Made by a program: the position numbers and the translations under genes. The notes below the pieces were generated by a model. The model was not told where the DNA came from, ran no database searches, and saw only the letters and a list, made by a program, of their open reading frames with translations. Below are positions 1-9,335 of a stretch of DNA of 64,000 nt, in pieces. How positions within the stretch are numbered: the first letter of the stretch is position 1; each line of letters begins with the position of its first letter. Origin of the DNA: Treponemataceae bacterium (GTDB lineage: Bacteria; Spirochaetota; Spirochaetia; Treponematales; Rectinemataceae); assembly GCA_963678065.2 (NCBI GenBank), contig CAXXVZ010000003.1:2176001-2240000 (forward strand), written 5' to 3'.

Positions 1-967
1 GCCTCCAGGTGAGTATCTGATAGGTGGCGATCGTGACTGGTCTCACTGTCTTGTCCGCGCCGGTGTACTCGCCGATCATGTCGGCGGGAAGATCAGTCTT
101 GTCGGCCAGTTCGTCCATCCACTGGTGGACGGCCGCGATATTTGTCGTGATTATGAGTGTTTTTCTCTTCATCGCGGCCATCGCTGCCATCCCGACGATA
201 GTTTTCCCCGCACCACAAGGAAGGACGATGACGCCGTATCCCGCCCCGGGCAGTCCTTTGCCTGTGAATGCGTCCACAGAATCGAGCTGGTAGGGGCGCA
301 CAGTGAATGGTTTGCCGGAACCGCACTCAGTCCTCAGACTGATGTCGAGGGGATCTCCCTCTGTGAGAGGGGCTTCGTCGCGCACCGGCCAGCCAAGCCT
401 GAGGAGTTCCTGCTTGACAGTGCCTCTGTCGACGAGGCGGATTCTGAAACCGGAAGGCATCCGGAGGAGCCACTTTGACAGCCTTCGCGAGGAGGCGAGT
501 TCTCGCTCGATCCTGGGATCGGAGCAGGACAGGTGCAGGTATTCGGGAAGGGCAGGCCCGGCTCCCACACCGACGTCCACCGCGGGGGCGGCGCCTTCCG
601 AGGGAACAGCATTTTCCGCGACAGCGGTTTGTGCAGAAGTATCCGTGCCGGGATACCGACTCTCCAGGCCGAGAACGAGGGAACCGAAGCGGGACATCGT
701 GTCGCGGATGATGAATCCAACATCGGCCGGCACTTCATAGCGGCTGAACCGCGCGAGCGCCTCTTCGACATACGCAGGTGTGAGTCCCGCGCTCGCGGCG
801 TTCCAGAGAGAAAGTGGACTGATACGGTATGTGTGCAGGTGTTCGGGGCTCTTTTCGAGCGCGGCGAAGCCACCGATGGCGGCGCGCGCATCCTCGAATG
901 ACGGATCGTGCACGTCGAGCAGCAGGGTGAGATCGCTTTGTACGATGAGGGCTTTGCCGTCCGTCAT
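1..967 (-). CDS. XPB/Ssl2/Rad25-like DNA repair helicase (5' part; runs off left edge)
   Basis: Absent from the ORF track; manual translation from ATG 967: MTDGKALIVQSDLTLLLDVHDPSFEDARAAIGGFAALEKSPEHLHTYRISPLSLWNAA, plus Walker A GVIVLPCGAGKT. Confidence 0.9.
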   Translation of the reverse strand, partial: MTDGKALIVQSDLTLLLDVHDPSFEDARAAIGGFAALEKSPEHLHTYRISPLSLWNAASAGLTPAYVEEALARFSRYEVPADVGFIIRDTMSRFGSLVLGLESRYPGTDTSAQTAVAENAVPSEGAAPAVDVGVGAGPALPEYLHLSCSDPRIERELASSRRLSKWLLRMPSGFRIRLVDRGTVKQELLRLGWPVRDEAPLTEGDPLDISLRTECGSGKPFTVRPYQLDSVDAFTGKGLPGAGYGVIVLPCGAGKTIVGMAAMAAMKRKTLIITTNIAAVHQWMDELADKTDLPADMIGEYTGADKTVRPVTIATYQILTWR

Positions 968-1052
968 AATCGGGTCAGTGTAATCCGGAACAAGGTTTAT
1001 GAACAATACTCCGTTTTAATTATTGATGGGGCTGGCAATCCGGTGCACACGC

Positions 1053-2123
1053 TCATTTCGCCCTCGCAAGAGTGAGAATGATCGGCAGATGGTCAGAATA
1101 GCCCGAGCTGCCCTTCCACCCCAATGGCTGGCCGGTCTCCGAGACCAGAAAACCCGCAGTCGCCGCACTGAAAGATGCAAACCCGAGCCCCTTCGTGTCG
1201 CAGAGTCCGGGAGACAGGAGAAATCCATCGAGCCTTTCACGGGAGTCACCGAATGCGTAGCTGTAGCCGCCGGCCCTCTCCCATGGACTGAAGAGAACCG
1301 GATTCCCCATATGGAATGAGGCTCCCTCCGGGGAAGTCGAGACCAGAATGCCACGGCAATCGGGGGCAGAGGTCGGGATGCTTGTGCCGGAAACCGGCAT
1401 GAAGGCTGTCTCAGTCTTCATACCGCTGCGCTCATACTCATCGGGTGACTCGTTAAAATCACCGCAGACCAGGATTTCGGCGGCAGAGTCGGACTCAATG
1501 AGGGCCAAAATTCTGCGCTTCAGGAGAGCGGCTGCCTGAATCCTGGCTTCTTCGGTCGGGCCAGCTCCCTCTCTCCGGGACTTCCAGTGACAGAGAAAGA
1601 CCGTCAGCTCCGACTCCTGTCCGGTTTCGAAGGAAGCCTCGAGCATATACCGCCCTCCGGAATCCGGGCAATCCAGGCTGTGAGCCCTGACTCTCTTCGC
1701 AGGAAACCGGGACAGGATTCCGCAGTTGATGGGCGAACCATCCGAAGGCGCCATGAGGGCAGTCAAGTATCCTGCCGCTGGAAATGGCCCCTTCCTGAGT
1801 TCTTCCAGGACGGCAGCATTCTCGACCTCGACGAGGCAGAGTATGTCCGGGCCAGCCGAACCGTCCTGCAGGAGGGATCGCACAGCCTTGGCCGTATTGT
1901 CGAGGCGCTTGCGGTACTTTGCCTCCGTCCACGAGCCCGATCCGACACGGAATTCCGGATACTCATTGCCTGAATCGCTCGCGTCGCAGAGATTCTGGAC
2001 ATTGTAGGAGACTACCGAAATAAAATCCGACTTCCCCATCCCCTGCCAGGGAAGCGAGCACCTGAATGAACAGAACAGGAAGGGGATGACAAACAGTGGT
2101 ACGATTCGTCCCGCACTCCGCAA
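1053..2123 (-). CDS. Endonuclease/exonuclease/phosphatase family protein, probably exported
   Basis: SYNVQNL, DILCLVEVEN, GDFN and SDHLP motifs; hydrophobic N-terminus; GGAGGA RBS. Confidence 0.88.
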   Translation of the reverse strand: MRSAGRIVPLFVIPFLFCSFRCSLPWQGMGKSDFISVVSYNVQNLCDASDSGNEYPEFRVGSGSWTEAKYRKRLDNTAKAVRSLLQDGSAGPDILCLVEVENAAVLEELRKGPFPAAGYLTALMAPSDGSPINCGILSRFPAKRVRAHSLDCPDSGGRYMLEASFETGQESELTVFLCHWKSRREGAGPTEEARIQAAALLKRRILALIESDSAAEILVCGDFNESPDEYERSGMKTETAFMPVSGTSIPTSAPDCRGILVSTSPEGASFHMGNPVLFSPWERAGGYSYAFGDSRERLDGFLLSPGLCDTKGLGFASFSAATAGFLVSETGQPLGWKGSSGYSDHLPIILTLARAK

Positions 2124-2201
2124 CGCGCTCCTCCATGACCGCTTCCTCGCGGGAAACCGGTCATATATGGATACGCGCGGACAGAGGCCCGGCGATTGAA
2201 C

Positions 2202-2822
2202 TCAAGCTGGCAATTCGGCCCGCGACGAGACGATTTTGCTCAAAAGGCCATAGGAGAGGGCCTCGTCGGCGTTCATCCAGTAATCCCTGTCGGTGTCCCT
2301 GACTACACGCTCCAGATCCTGACCCGTCTCCGTGGCAATGATTTTGTTGATCCTGTCTCGAGTCTTCTCGAGTTCACGGGCATGAATCTCGATTTCGGTC
2401 GCCACGCCCCGGATTCCGGAAAGCGGCTGATGGATGAGGTAGTGACTGTTCGGCAGTCCGAACCTTCGCTCTCGGGGAACAGCGAGGAGGACGAGTGCAC
2501 CCGCGCTCGCTACCAGGCCCATGCCGACAATCCTGACTTCGTTCCTGATAAATCGTATCATATCGAAGATGGCAAAGCCGGCATCGACATCGCCGCCGGG
2601 GGAATCGATCATGATGGTTATGGGCTCCTCGGCGAGACTCTCCAGCAGCAGGAGCTGCCTGATGACTCTCTCGCCCGAGTCCTTGTCGATCTCCCCCGTC
2701 AGGAGGATGGTTCTCGTCTTGAGGAATTTCTCCATAAGGGCGTCATCGGGTTTTCTGGTTTCTTTGACTTCCTCGGTTTCTTCCTCTTCTTCCATGCGGT
2801 GAGGACGGATTGGCGTATTCAT
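2202..2822 (-). CDS. clpP: ATP-dependent Clp protease proteolytic subunit
   Basis: IDSPGG, VASAG (Ser), IHQP (His), DRDYWM (Asp); AAGGAG RBS before ATG 2822. Confidence 0.95.
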   Translation of the reverse strand: MNTPIRPHRMEEEEETEEVKETRKPDDALMEKFLKTRTILLTGEIDKDSGERVIRQLLLLESLAEEPITIMIDSPGGDVDAGFAIFDMIRFIRNEVRIVGMGLVASAGALVLLAVPRERRFGLPNSHYLIHQPLSGIRGVATEIEIHARELEKTRDRINKIIATETGQDLERVVRDTDRDYWMNADEALSYGLLSKIVSSRAELPA

Positions 2823-3021
2823 GAAGGCTCCTTGAATGCCTCGGACCCGATGTTGCCGGACCCATGTGCACCTGTATATGATACCGACCCGGGACTTCAC
2901 AGGCAACGTCCTGGTCGTTGATTCGCGGAGGAGTCGCTTACCCGCGGCACTGCGAGGTATGTTGATTGTGTGTCCGAATAATTGTATTTTTAATATATAT
3001 GTATTCAGAGAAGGTGACACC

Positions 3022-3579
3022 ATGACCGGTATGCGAAAACTCTTTCCAGTGGCGATGATGACCCTTGCCTTCGTTCTGCCTTCTTTCGTCCAGGCAGCTT
3101 CCGAAAGGCCATGGTACGCTGTTCGCCTTGAAAAGCTGGGATTCTACGTCTTCGATAAGCCATCCCGGCCGGCGGACTTCACGGTGGAGACAGTGGGCGG
3201 GAAGCTCGCCAAACGCTCATCGCTCAAGGGCAACATCGTCCTTCTCAACTTCTGGGCCACCTGGTGTCCTCCCTGCAAGGAAGAAATACCGTCCATCGAG
3301 AATCTCGCGAGCACCATGAAGGGTAAAAACTTCACGGTCATGGCGGTCAGCATCGGGGAAACCAGGGCAACCGTGTCATCCTTCATCTCCGAAAGGAAAA
3401 TGAACTACCCTGTCTATCTGGATCCCAAGCGAAGCCTCGTGGCGGAATACGCGTCGCGCGGCATTCCCACAACCTATGTCCTCGACAAGAACGGGGATTT
3501 TATTGCTGCGGTCATCGGTGGAATCAAGTACGACAGCCCCGAGTCGATCAGCCTTTTCTCCGAACTCGCTTCGAAATGA
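3022..3579 (+). CDS. TlpA/ResA-family thiol-disulfide reductase with signal peptide
   Basis: LLNFWATWCPPCKEE, GIPTT; RBS GAAGGTG. Confidence 0.92.
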   Translation: MTGMRKLFPVAMMTLAFVLPSFVQAASERPWYAVRLEKLGFYVFDKPSRPADFTVETVGGKLAKRSSLKGNIVLLNFWATWCPPCKEEIPSIENLASTMKGKNFTVMAVSIGETRATVSSFISERKMNYPVYLDPKRSLVAEYASRGIPTTYVLDKNGDFIAAVIGGIKYDSPESISLFSELASK

Positions 3580-4547
3580 GCCCGCCGGGAATCGTCGCCG
3601 CCTTCGCGGGCGGACTTCTTTCCTTCCTCTCTCCCTGCGTTCTGCCTCTCGTTCCCGGATATCTGTCGTTTATCTCGGGATACAGCGTGGCTGGTCCCGG
3701 TCTTCCGCGCGAGCGCAGCAGGATTTTCTTCCGGAGCCTCTTTTTCGTCGCAGGATTCACAGTCGCGTTCACGGCACTGGGCACCGTGTTTTCTGGCGGC
3801 GCCATGTTCGCGGGAGGATCCACTGCGCCCAGATTTCTCGGCATCGCGTCGGGCATCCTGGTTTTCCTATTCGGCCTGAACATGATCTTCGATTTCCTGT
3901 CCTTCCTCAACCGGGAACTTCGCTTCCATCCAAAAGGCAAGGATAGACCTGGGAGACCCAGGTCTGTCACTGGCCCCGGAGGAGCCTTCGTCATGGGACT
4001 TGCCTTCGCTGCCGGATGGTCTCCCTGCATCGGTCCCATCCTCGCATCGATCCTCCTCTACGCCGGTAAAGATGGAAACATCATACGATCCCTCGCTCTT
4101 CTCGGGGTGTATTCCCTCGGCCTTGCCCTGCCCTTCCTCGCTGCAAGTCTCTTTTTCGAAAAACTTAAGCCGATGATGGACTACATCAAGCGGCACGGGC
4201 GGGGCGTAAGGATTGTTTCGGGTCTGCTCCTTCTGGCCTTCGGAGCAGCCATGGCAGCGGGCAGCCTTCCCGGGGCCGGAGCAGCGGTGGTGCAGCTGGG
4301 ACTTGCGATACGCGCGGCAGGGGAAAGAGCTCCGGCTGCGCTGCGTCTCGGCGGAGGCGCTGTATTCCTTCTCGCGGCCATTCTCATCGGCTTCGGGGCA
4401 TTCCGGAAGAATCGGGGCGAGGCGAAGAAATCCTGGTTTCCGCGAGCTGTCGCGGTGCTCCTTGTCCTCTTCGCGCTTCTTCAGGTCGCGGGGCTCGTCG
4501 ACCTGACATCCCTCATTGCGGATTGGCTGCTGTTTTCCGGGGCATGA
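3576..4547 (+). CDS. ccdA: CcdA/DsbD-type transmembrane electron transporter with C-terminal TM extension
   Basis: SFLSPCVLPLVP and WSPCIGPIL; ATGA overlap with tlpA-like gene. Confidence 0.9.
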   Translation: MSPPGIVAAFAGGLLSFLSPCVLPLVPGYLSFISGYSVAGPGLPRERSRIFFRSLFFVAGFTVAFTALGTVFSGGAMFAGGSTAPRFLGIASGILVFLFGLNMIFDFLSFLNRELRFHPKGKDRPGRPRSVTGPGGAFVMGLAFAAGWSPCIGPILASILLYAGKDGNIIRSLALLGVYSLGLALPFLAASLFFEKLKPMMDYIKRHGRGVRIVSGLLLLAFGAAMAAGSLPGAGAAVVQLGLAIRAAGERAPAALRLGGGAVFLLAAILIGFGAFRKNRGEAKKSWFPRAVAVLLVLFALLQVAGLVDLTSLIADWLLFSGA

Positions 4548-4608
4548 AGCGGAAAGCGGGATTGGCGGAGCTGGGCGGTACACGGCGCACGATGCGCGGG
4601 TCGGAAGA

Positions 4609-5571
4609 TCAGACCGTGCCGACTCGGAATGAGCGACGGAAAATTTGCCTACGAAGGCGTTCGATCCAGACGACAGCGATCGAAAGAAGAATTCTCGGAA
4701 CAATGAGCCAGAACAGGGAAACGGAAATAGCCGAGTAGAGGAAGCTGTCTTCGAGGAGGGAATGAGTGATCGCGGCGTGGTGGTTGAAGAGGTCGCTTTC
4801 CTGGGGTTTCATCTTTCCCGCTTCGATCTCCGCCACGATGATGCCGGCCCCATAGGCGTAGCCGACTCCGTTGATGACGAGCCAGAGGAAACTCGCGGAT
4901 CTTGGCAGGCCGAACAGGCCCATCAGAGGGGCGAAGGTCCTCGAGAGGAAACTCATGACGCTGAATTCTTCCAGCAGCTTCTGGGTCACCATGATTGCGA
5001 CGACGATGAGGATGATCTTCACCGTCAGCGCGCCTGTGCTCTTGGCCCAGCCGGAGAGCATGAGCCAGAAGGATGGCTTCGTGCCTCCCTGCGCACTTGA
5101 AAATGGAATCCGGGAAAGCGAATCGGGCACAAGGAGATTGAGCAGCCATGCGAGAACAAAGGCGGATGCTATCCTCAGCACGACCATCTTCGTCGCGGAG
5201 GACCCGGCCTTCTTCATCACTGTCGTTTCGACCAGAAGATTGTGGCACACAAGGCTCATGACGGCGAGGATTGTGACGTGCTTCATGTTGAGGCTGAGCG
5301 AGCCCATCACCGCGATGGCGCTGTAGTTGTTCAGCAAGGCACCGGAGAGGAATGCGAGGGCGGCCTCGCCGGGCAGGCCGATAAGCTTCATCAATGGCGC
5401 AAATAGCGAAGCGATGCGTCCGAGCAGGCCGCTCCATCCGAGGAGGGCGACGACCAGACTCACCGGCACCATGATGCGGAGGAGGAACCACGCCGTCCCG
5501 ACTGATTTGCGCAGGCCTGCCATCACAGCCTTCCGGCCGCGGTCGAATATTTCTCGTGTGGTTTTCATCAT
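4609..5571 (-). CDS. Nucleoside-recognition (Gate) domain membrane protein
   Basis: Two repeats of FAPLMxLxGLP...H(N/S)LLxE/D; multi-TM. Confidence 0.75.
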   Translation of the reverse strand: MMKTTREIFDRGRKAVMAGLRKSVGTAWFLLRIMVPVSLVVALLGWSGLLGRIASLFAPLMKLIGLPGEAALAFLSGALLNNYSAIAVMGSLSLNMKHVTILAVMSLVCHNLLVETTVMKKAGSSATKMVVLRIASAFVLAWLLNLLVPDSLSRIPFSSAQGGTKPSFWLMLSGWAKSTGALTVKIILIVVAIMVTQKLLEEFSVMSFLSRTFAPLMGLFGLPRSASFLWLVINGVGYAYGAGIIVAEIEAGKMKPQESDLFNHHAAITHSLLEDSFLYSAISVSLFWLIVPRILLSIAVVWIERLRRQIFRRSFRVGTV

Positions 5572-5610
5572 CGCGACCGCAATCTAGCCCCCGGACAATA
5601 CATCTGTCAA

Positions 5611-7173
5611 TCAGAGATTCAGTCCGACAAGGTCCAAGGGCATTCCGGCTCTCGACTTGAACTTTCCCGAGAAGAGGGCGACGATGGCCTCCGCTGCCGC
5701 CACGGAAAATCCAAATACAGCCGCAAGTCCCTGTGCGTCCGGGAAAAAAGCCAGATCGTAGGGATCTTTCAGCGCTACCACCGAATAGCGAGGAAAAGCC
5801 TCGGCCACAATTCGCGCGAGAGCCTCCTGCTCGGGCCGGAAATGGGCATTGCAGCAGAGAACCGCGGCTGTGGGAGCCTCGGAGGCGGAGGCGGCAGACT
5901 GCAGTATCCGGTCCGCAAGAAAGGAAGCGGCGTCCGGATCGGGATCGGAGCGCGACTGGACGAGCTCTGCCTTCGGGTAGGCTTTCCTGAGGATCTCCAT
6001 GAAGGAGGCGATAATCTGCTCGGAGACAGTCCCTGTGTCAGGCGTGAAGACAAGAATGAACCCGGGTTTCCCACTCCCATCGAATGCGCAATCGTCTCTG
6101 AGGACGACACAGGATTCGAGTCGCTCCCTCGCGACCTTCGCGCCGAGCATCGATTTCTCCGTCACTTCGAGTTTCCGCAGATCTGTTCTTCCCGAAAGAC
6201 CTGCGAGCAGAGCTTTCATCCTCGACACGCTACGGTCCACGAGTTCCGGAGTTATCATTCCGCTGTATCCGTCCCTCGCGGCGCCGGATACGGAAGCCCT
6301 GCTCCCGGCGAGGGCGGTCGCTGCGGCGAGCGCCCTATCGGGATACTGAAAGATGGTAAGATCGCAACCGGCCAGGACCGCCCCTATCACAGCCTTTACG
6401 GGATCGGCCTCGGCGTCGGCAGCCTCCCCGATGACGAGGCCCTGGAATCCGAGTTCGGCGCGAAGTCGCCCCTCCACGATTCGCTTGCTGGAAGGCGCGG
6501 GGACATGGGTCGGCTCCATCGAAGGCACGAGCATCCTTCCGACGAGTATGGCCTCCAACCCTGCGTGGATTGCGGCGGCAAGAGGTTTCGCCCCCGCCCC
6601 GCAGAGCTTCACCGAAGGCACTTCGGCGACGGGATACGCTTCTGAGAAGGAACTCCCCCTCATTGCCGAACAGGGAAAACCGAGGGCGCAGGTGGCGGCC
6701 CCTCCTGCTCTCACACCCTCGACGAAGGCGGCGCAGAGGCGGGAAGCAGATTCGGAGTTTTCACCGAAGGAATCGAGGACTCCGGAAGGATTCTTGGGAT
6801 TGAAGACGGAATCGACATGGGGAGTAAACAGGAGATCGATCCCGAGCGCGGCGGCGGTGAGGCCAAGCATTTTACCTGCGCGCTTTGCTGTGGTACTGCG
6901 TCCGAGAGCGGCAATCGCGAGAGGGAGAGGTTCGAAGGCCAGGGAGGGCAAACCGGCTGCGCCCGGCCCGATGGCGATGCATATCCGTCCCGCACCTCGG
7001 GCTTCAGCCGCTGAGCGCAAGGAAGCGACCATGCGGCCGAGATCCTGGCGCCGACCGAAGAGGGAGCCAGGCAGAAGAAAAGACCGGATGCCGGCATCCA
7101 GAAGGAGTGAAAATTTCTCCAAAGGGAATTCCGGATCGAGTCCGGACATGATAAGTGCGGCTGCTTCGCGCAT
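5611..7173 (-). CDS. GH3 (NagZ-like) fold protein with degenerate catalytic motifs
   Basis: ALGIDLLFTPHVD, DSFGE, PAPSSKRIVEGRLRAELGFQGLVI, AVLAGCDL and KDPYDL match the two-domain NagZ scaffold; KHFPGHG absent. Confidence 0.75.
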   Translation of the reverse strand: MREAAALIMSGLDPEFPLEKFSLLLDAGIRSFLLPGSLFGRRQDLGRMVASLRSAAEARGAGRICIAIGPGAAGLPSLAFEPLPLAIAALGRSTTAKRAGKMLGLTAAALGIDLLFTPHVDSVFNPKNPSGVLDSFGENSESASRLCAAFVEGVRAGGAATCALGFPCSAMRGSSFSEAYPVAEVPSVKLCGAGAKPLAAAIHAGLEAILVGRMLVPSMEPTHVPAPSSKRIVEGRLRAELGFQGLVIGEAADAEADPVKAVIGAVLAGCDLTIFQYPDRALAAATALAGSRASVSGAARDGYSGMITPELVDRSVSRMKALLAGLSGRTDLRKLEVTEKSMLGAKVARERLESCVVLRDDCAFDGSGKPGFILVFTPDTGTVSEQIIASFMEILRKAYPKAELVQSRSDPDPDAASFLADRILQSAASASEAPTAAVLCCNAHFRPEQEALARIVAEAFPRYSVVALKDPYDLAFFPDAQGLAAVFGFSVAAAEAIVALFSGKFKSRAGMPLDLVGLNL

Positions 7174-7323
7174 TGTGCTCCCTCGCGCATACAATTGTAT
7201 GGTAAGCCGACCTGGAATAGAAGATGGGAAAATGCCCCCCATTTACAGGGATCGGGTTCATGGGGTTACAGCCCGAGACAGCGAGGCCACCCGGGACGGC
7301 TACGGATAGAGTCGCCCGGGGCT

Positions 7324-9333
7324 TCAGCCTCGACTGCAAGAAAGGGCGCTGACCCTCTGCATAAGATCGGAATCGGCTTTCAGGGCCTCCACTGTGGCCG
7401 CCATCCGGTAGGCCCAGTTCCTGCCGCCCGTCGTTCCCGGGACATTGATCCGTTCTTTCGAGAAATCGGGGTCGCGGAAGGTTTCCGTAAGCGCAAGCAG
7501 ATCCTGAATAGGATAGACGACGATCCGGGATCCGGCCCCCGCCATCGCCTCGAGAATCAGGCGGGCGGAATCGGGGTCGAGAGTCTGCGGGCAGGGGCCG
7601 ATATCGCGGCAGAGCCATCTCCCGAGTTCGGCCCAGAGGGACTCGCGGTCGGCTTCCTTCTCCCACCATTCGCGCAGACAGGTCGAGTCATGGACGGAAG
7701 GACAGGCGACCGTCAGGACGGGATAGTCCGCGGGGGCGACATAGGGGCGGCTGGGTTTTGTCCATTCCCGCGTCCAGCGCAGGACCCTGAGGCCGAGAAT
7801 ACCCAGTTTCTCAAGCGTCACGGGCACGCAATCCGGAACGGAGCCCAGATCCTCGGCGCATGCCAGCATGGGGACTGAAGCGGAAAGTTCCAGGAGTATG
7901 CGTTCACCTTCGCTGGCCCAGAATTCCTCCGCCTCGCTCCTTCGCCTCGAGAAGAGCCCGGCGAGCATTCCCTTTTCGTCATCCGACAGAGTAGCCCAGG
8001 CGGAAGAGCTGCCGTGATTCCAGGCGAGCACGAAGCTGTCCGGATCGAACTCGTGAAGCGCCCGGTCACGCCAGGCCTCTTCGAGGAGGTCCTTCGAAAC
8101 CTCGTCGATGTCGAGATTCCTGATGTCCTTCTCGCCCTGGATTCCAGGCTTGAACAGGAAGAGATCCTCCGAACCGATCCGGTCCAGGGAAGCCGCCACA
8201 ACCTTGTCGAAACTGCCTTCCGGAAGCCTGGAGAGAAGCCTGTCGGCGCGGAGGTGGGGACGGCTGAGCCATCTGATTCTGTCAGGCATAAAACCGAGCC
8301 TGGAGAGTTCCTGTCGCGAAACCGGCCTGTCCGGAACGAAATGTCCGAGATAGCCCGTCCTGTCGTGCTCCGAAAGCGCCCATATCCTGAAGAAACCGAG
8401 GACGTGGTCGATGCGGTAGGCCGAATAGTAGGCGTCGGAGGCGCGGAGGCGCGATTTCCAGAAGGAGAACCCGTCCGCTGACTGGGCGGACCAATCGTAG
8501 ATGGGAAATCCCCAGTTCTGTCCGAGCCCGGAGTACATGTCCGGCGGCGCCCCGGCGATAGAACCCATACGGAACAGGGGCCTATCAGCCCAGACTTCGG
8601 CGGAATCTTCGTTCATGAGGATGGGGATATCACCCATGAGCTCTATCCCCGCCGCGGCGACGGCCCTGGCGGCGCGCCTCATCTGTTCGTCCGCACGCAT
8701 CTGTATCCACGCATGACAGTGCAGATTCTCGACGAATTCGGGATCTTTCCAGATCGAATCGATGTCGGCGGGCTCCGGATCGCGCAAGTCCGTCCAGAGC
8801 CACCAGGGGAGCCCGGCGTTCCTGCGCTTCAGCTCGACGAAGGCGGCGTACTTCCTGATCCAGGGATGCCCAGCCACCCAGGCGTCGAGCTCATCTTTCC
8901 CTGATGCCGAAGTCTTCTCCTTCCATATCTGCCCGAGCAGAGCGAGTTTTCCGGCGAGGAGAGCTTCGTGGGGCACGGTCTCCGAGCCGGAACACGCGGC
9001 AAACAGGCTCTCCGCCTCTTCGAGGAGACGCGCCTTCGTCCGCGCGCTCAGGCCGCTCTCTGCGGCGCTTCCCGGTTGGAGCTCGGGCAGATCCTGTATC
9101 CTGATGTACAGGGGGTGGAGGGCGAAGGCGGAGAGGGCGCTGTAGGGCGATGTCTGGACGCCGGTATCCTGGATGGGCAGAAGCTGAATGAGGTCGAGCC
9201 TCCACTCTGCCGCAAGTGCGGCGAATGCCGCGAGGTCGGGGTATTCGCCGCAGCCGGGCGAGCCGCCGGTCCTGATTGCGGAAAGCGGCACGACCACGCC
9301 GCTCAAGCTCCTGTTGCCATGCCTGTATTCCAT
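7324..9333 (-). CDS. malQ: 4-alpha-glucanotransferase (GH77)
   Basis: IQLLPI, SPYSALSAFALHP, GAPPD, GQNWGFP, RIDHVLGFFRIW, AEDLG, SVHDS, INVPGT. Confidence 0.95.
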   Translation of the reverse strand: MEYRHGNRSLSGVVVPLSAIRTGGSPGCGEYPDLAAFAALAAEWRLDLIQLLPIQDTGVQTSPYSALSAFALHPLYIRIQDLPELQPGSAAESGLSARTKARLLEEAESLFAACSGSETVPHEALLAGKLALLGQIWKEKTSASGKDELDAWVAGHPWIRKYAAFVELKRRNAGLPWWLWTDLRDPEPADIDSIWKDPEFVENLHCHAWIQMRADEQMRRAARAVAAAGIELMGDIPILMNEDSAEVWADRPLFRMGSIAGAPPDMYSGLGQNWGFPIYDWSAQSADGFSFWKSRLRASDAYYSAYRIDHVLGFFRIWALSEHDRTGYLGHFVPDRPVSRQELSRLGFMPDRIRWLSRPHLRADRLLSRLPEGSFDKVVAASLDRIGSEDLFLFKPGIQGEKDIRNLDIDEVSKDLLEEAWRDRALHEFDPDSFVLAWNHGSSSAWATLSDDEKGMLAGLFSRRRSEAEEFWASEGERILLELSASVPMLACAEDLGSVPDCVPVTLEKLGILGLRVLRWTREWTKPSRPYVAPADYPVLTVACPSVHDSTCLREWWEKEADRESLWAELGRWLCRDIGPCPQTLDPDSARLILEAMAGAGSRIVVYPIQDLLALTETFRDPDFSKERINVPGTTGGRNWAYRMAATVEALKADSDLMQRVSALSCSRG

Positions 9334-9335
9334 TT

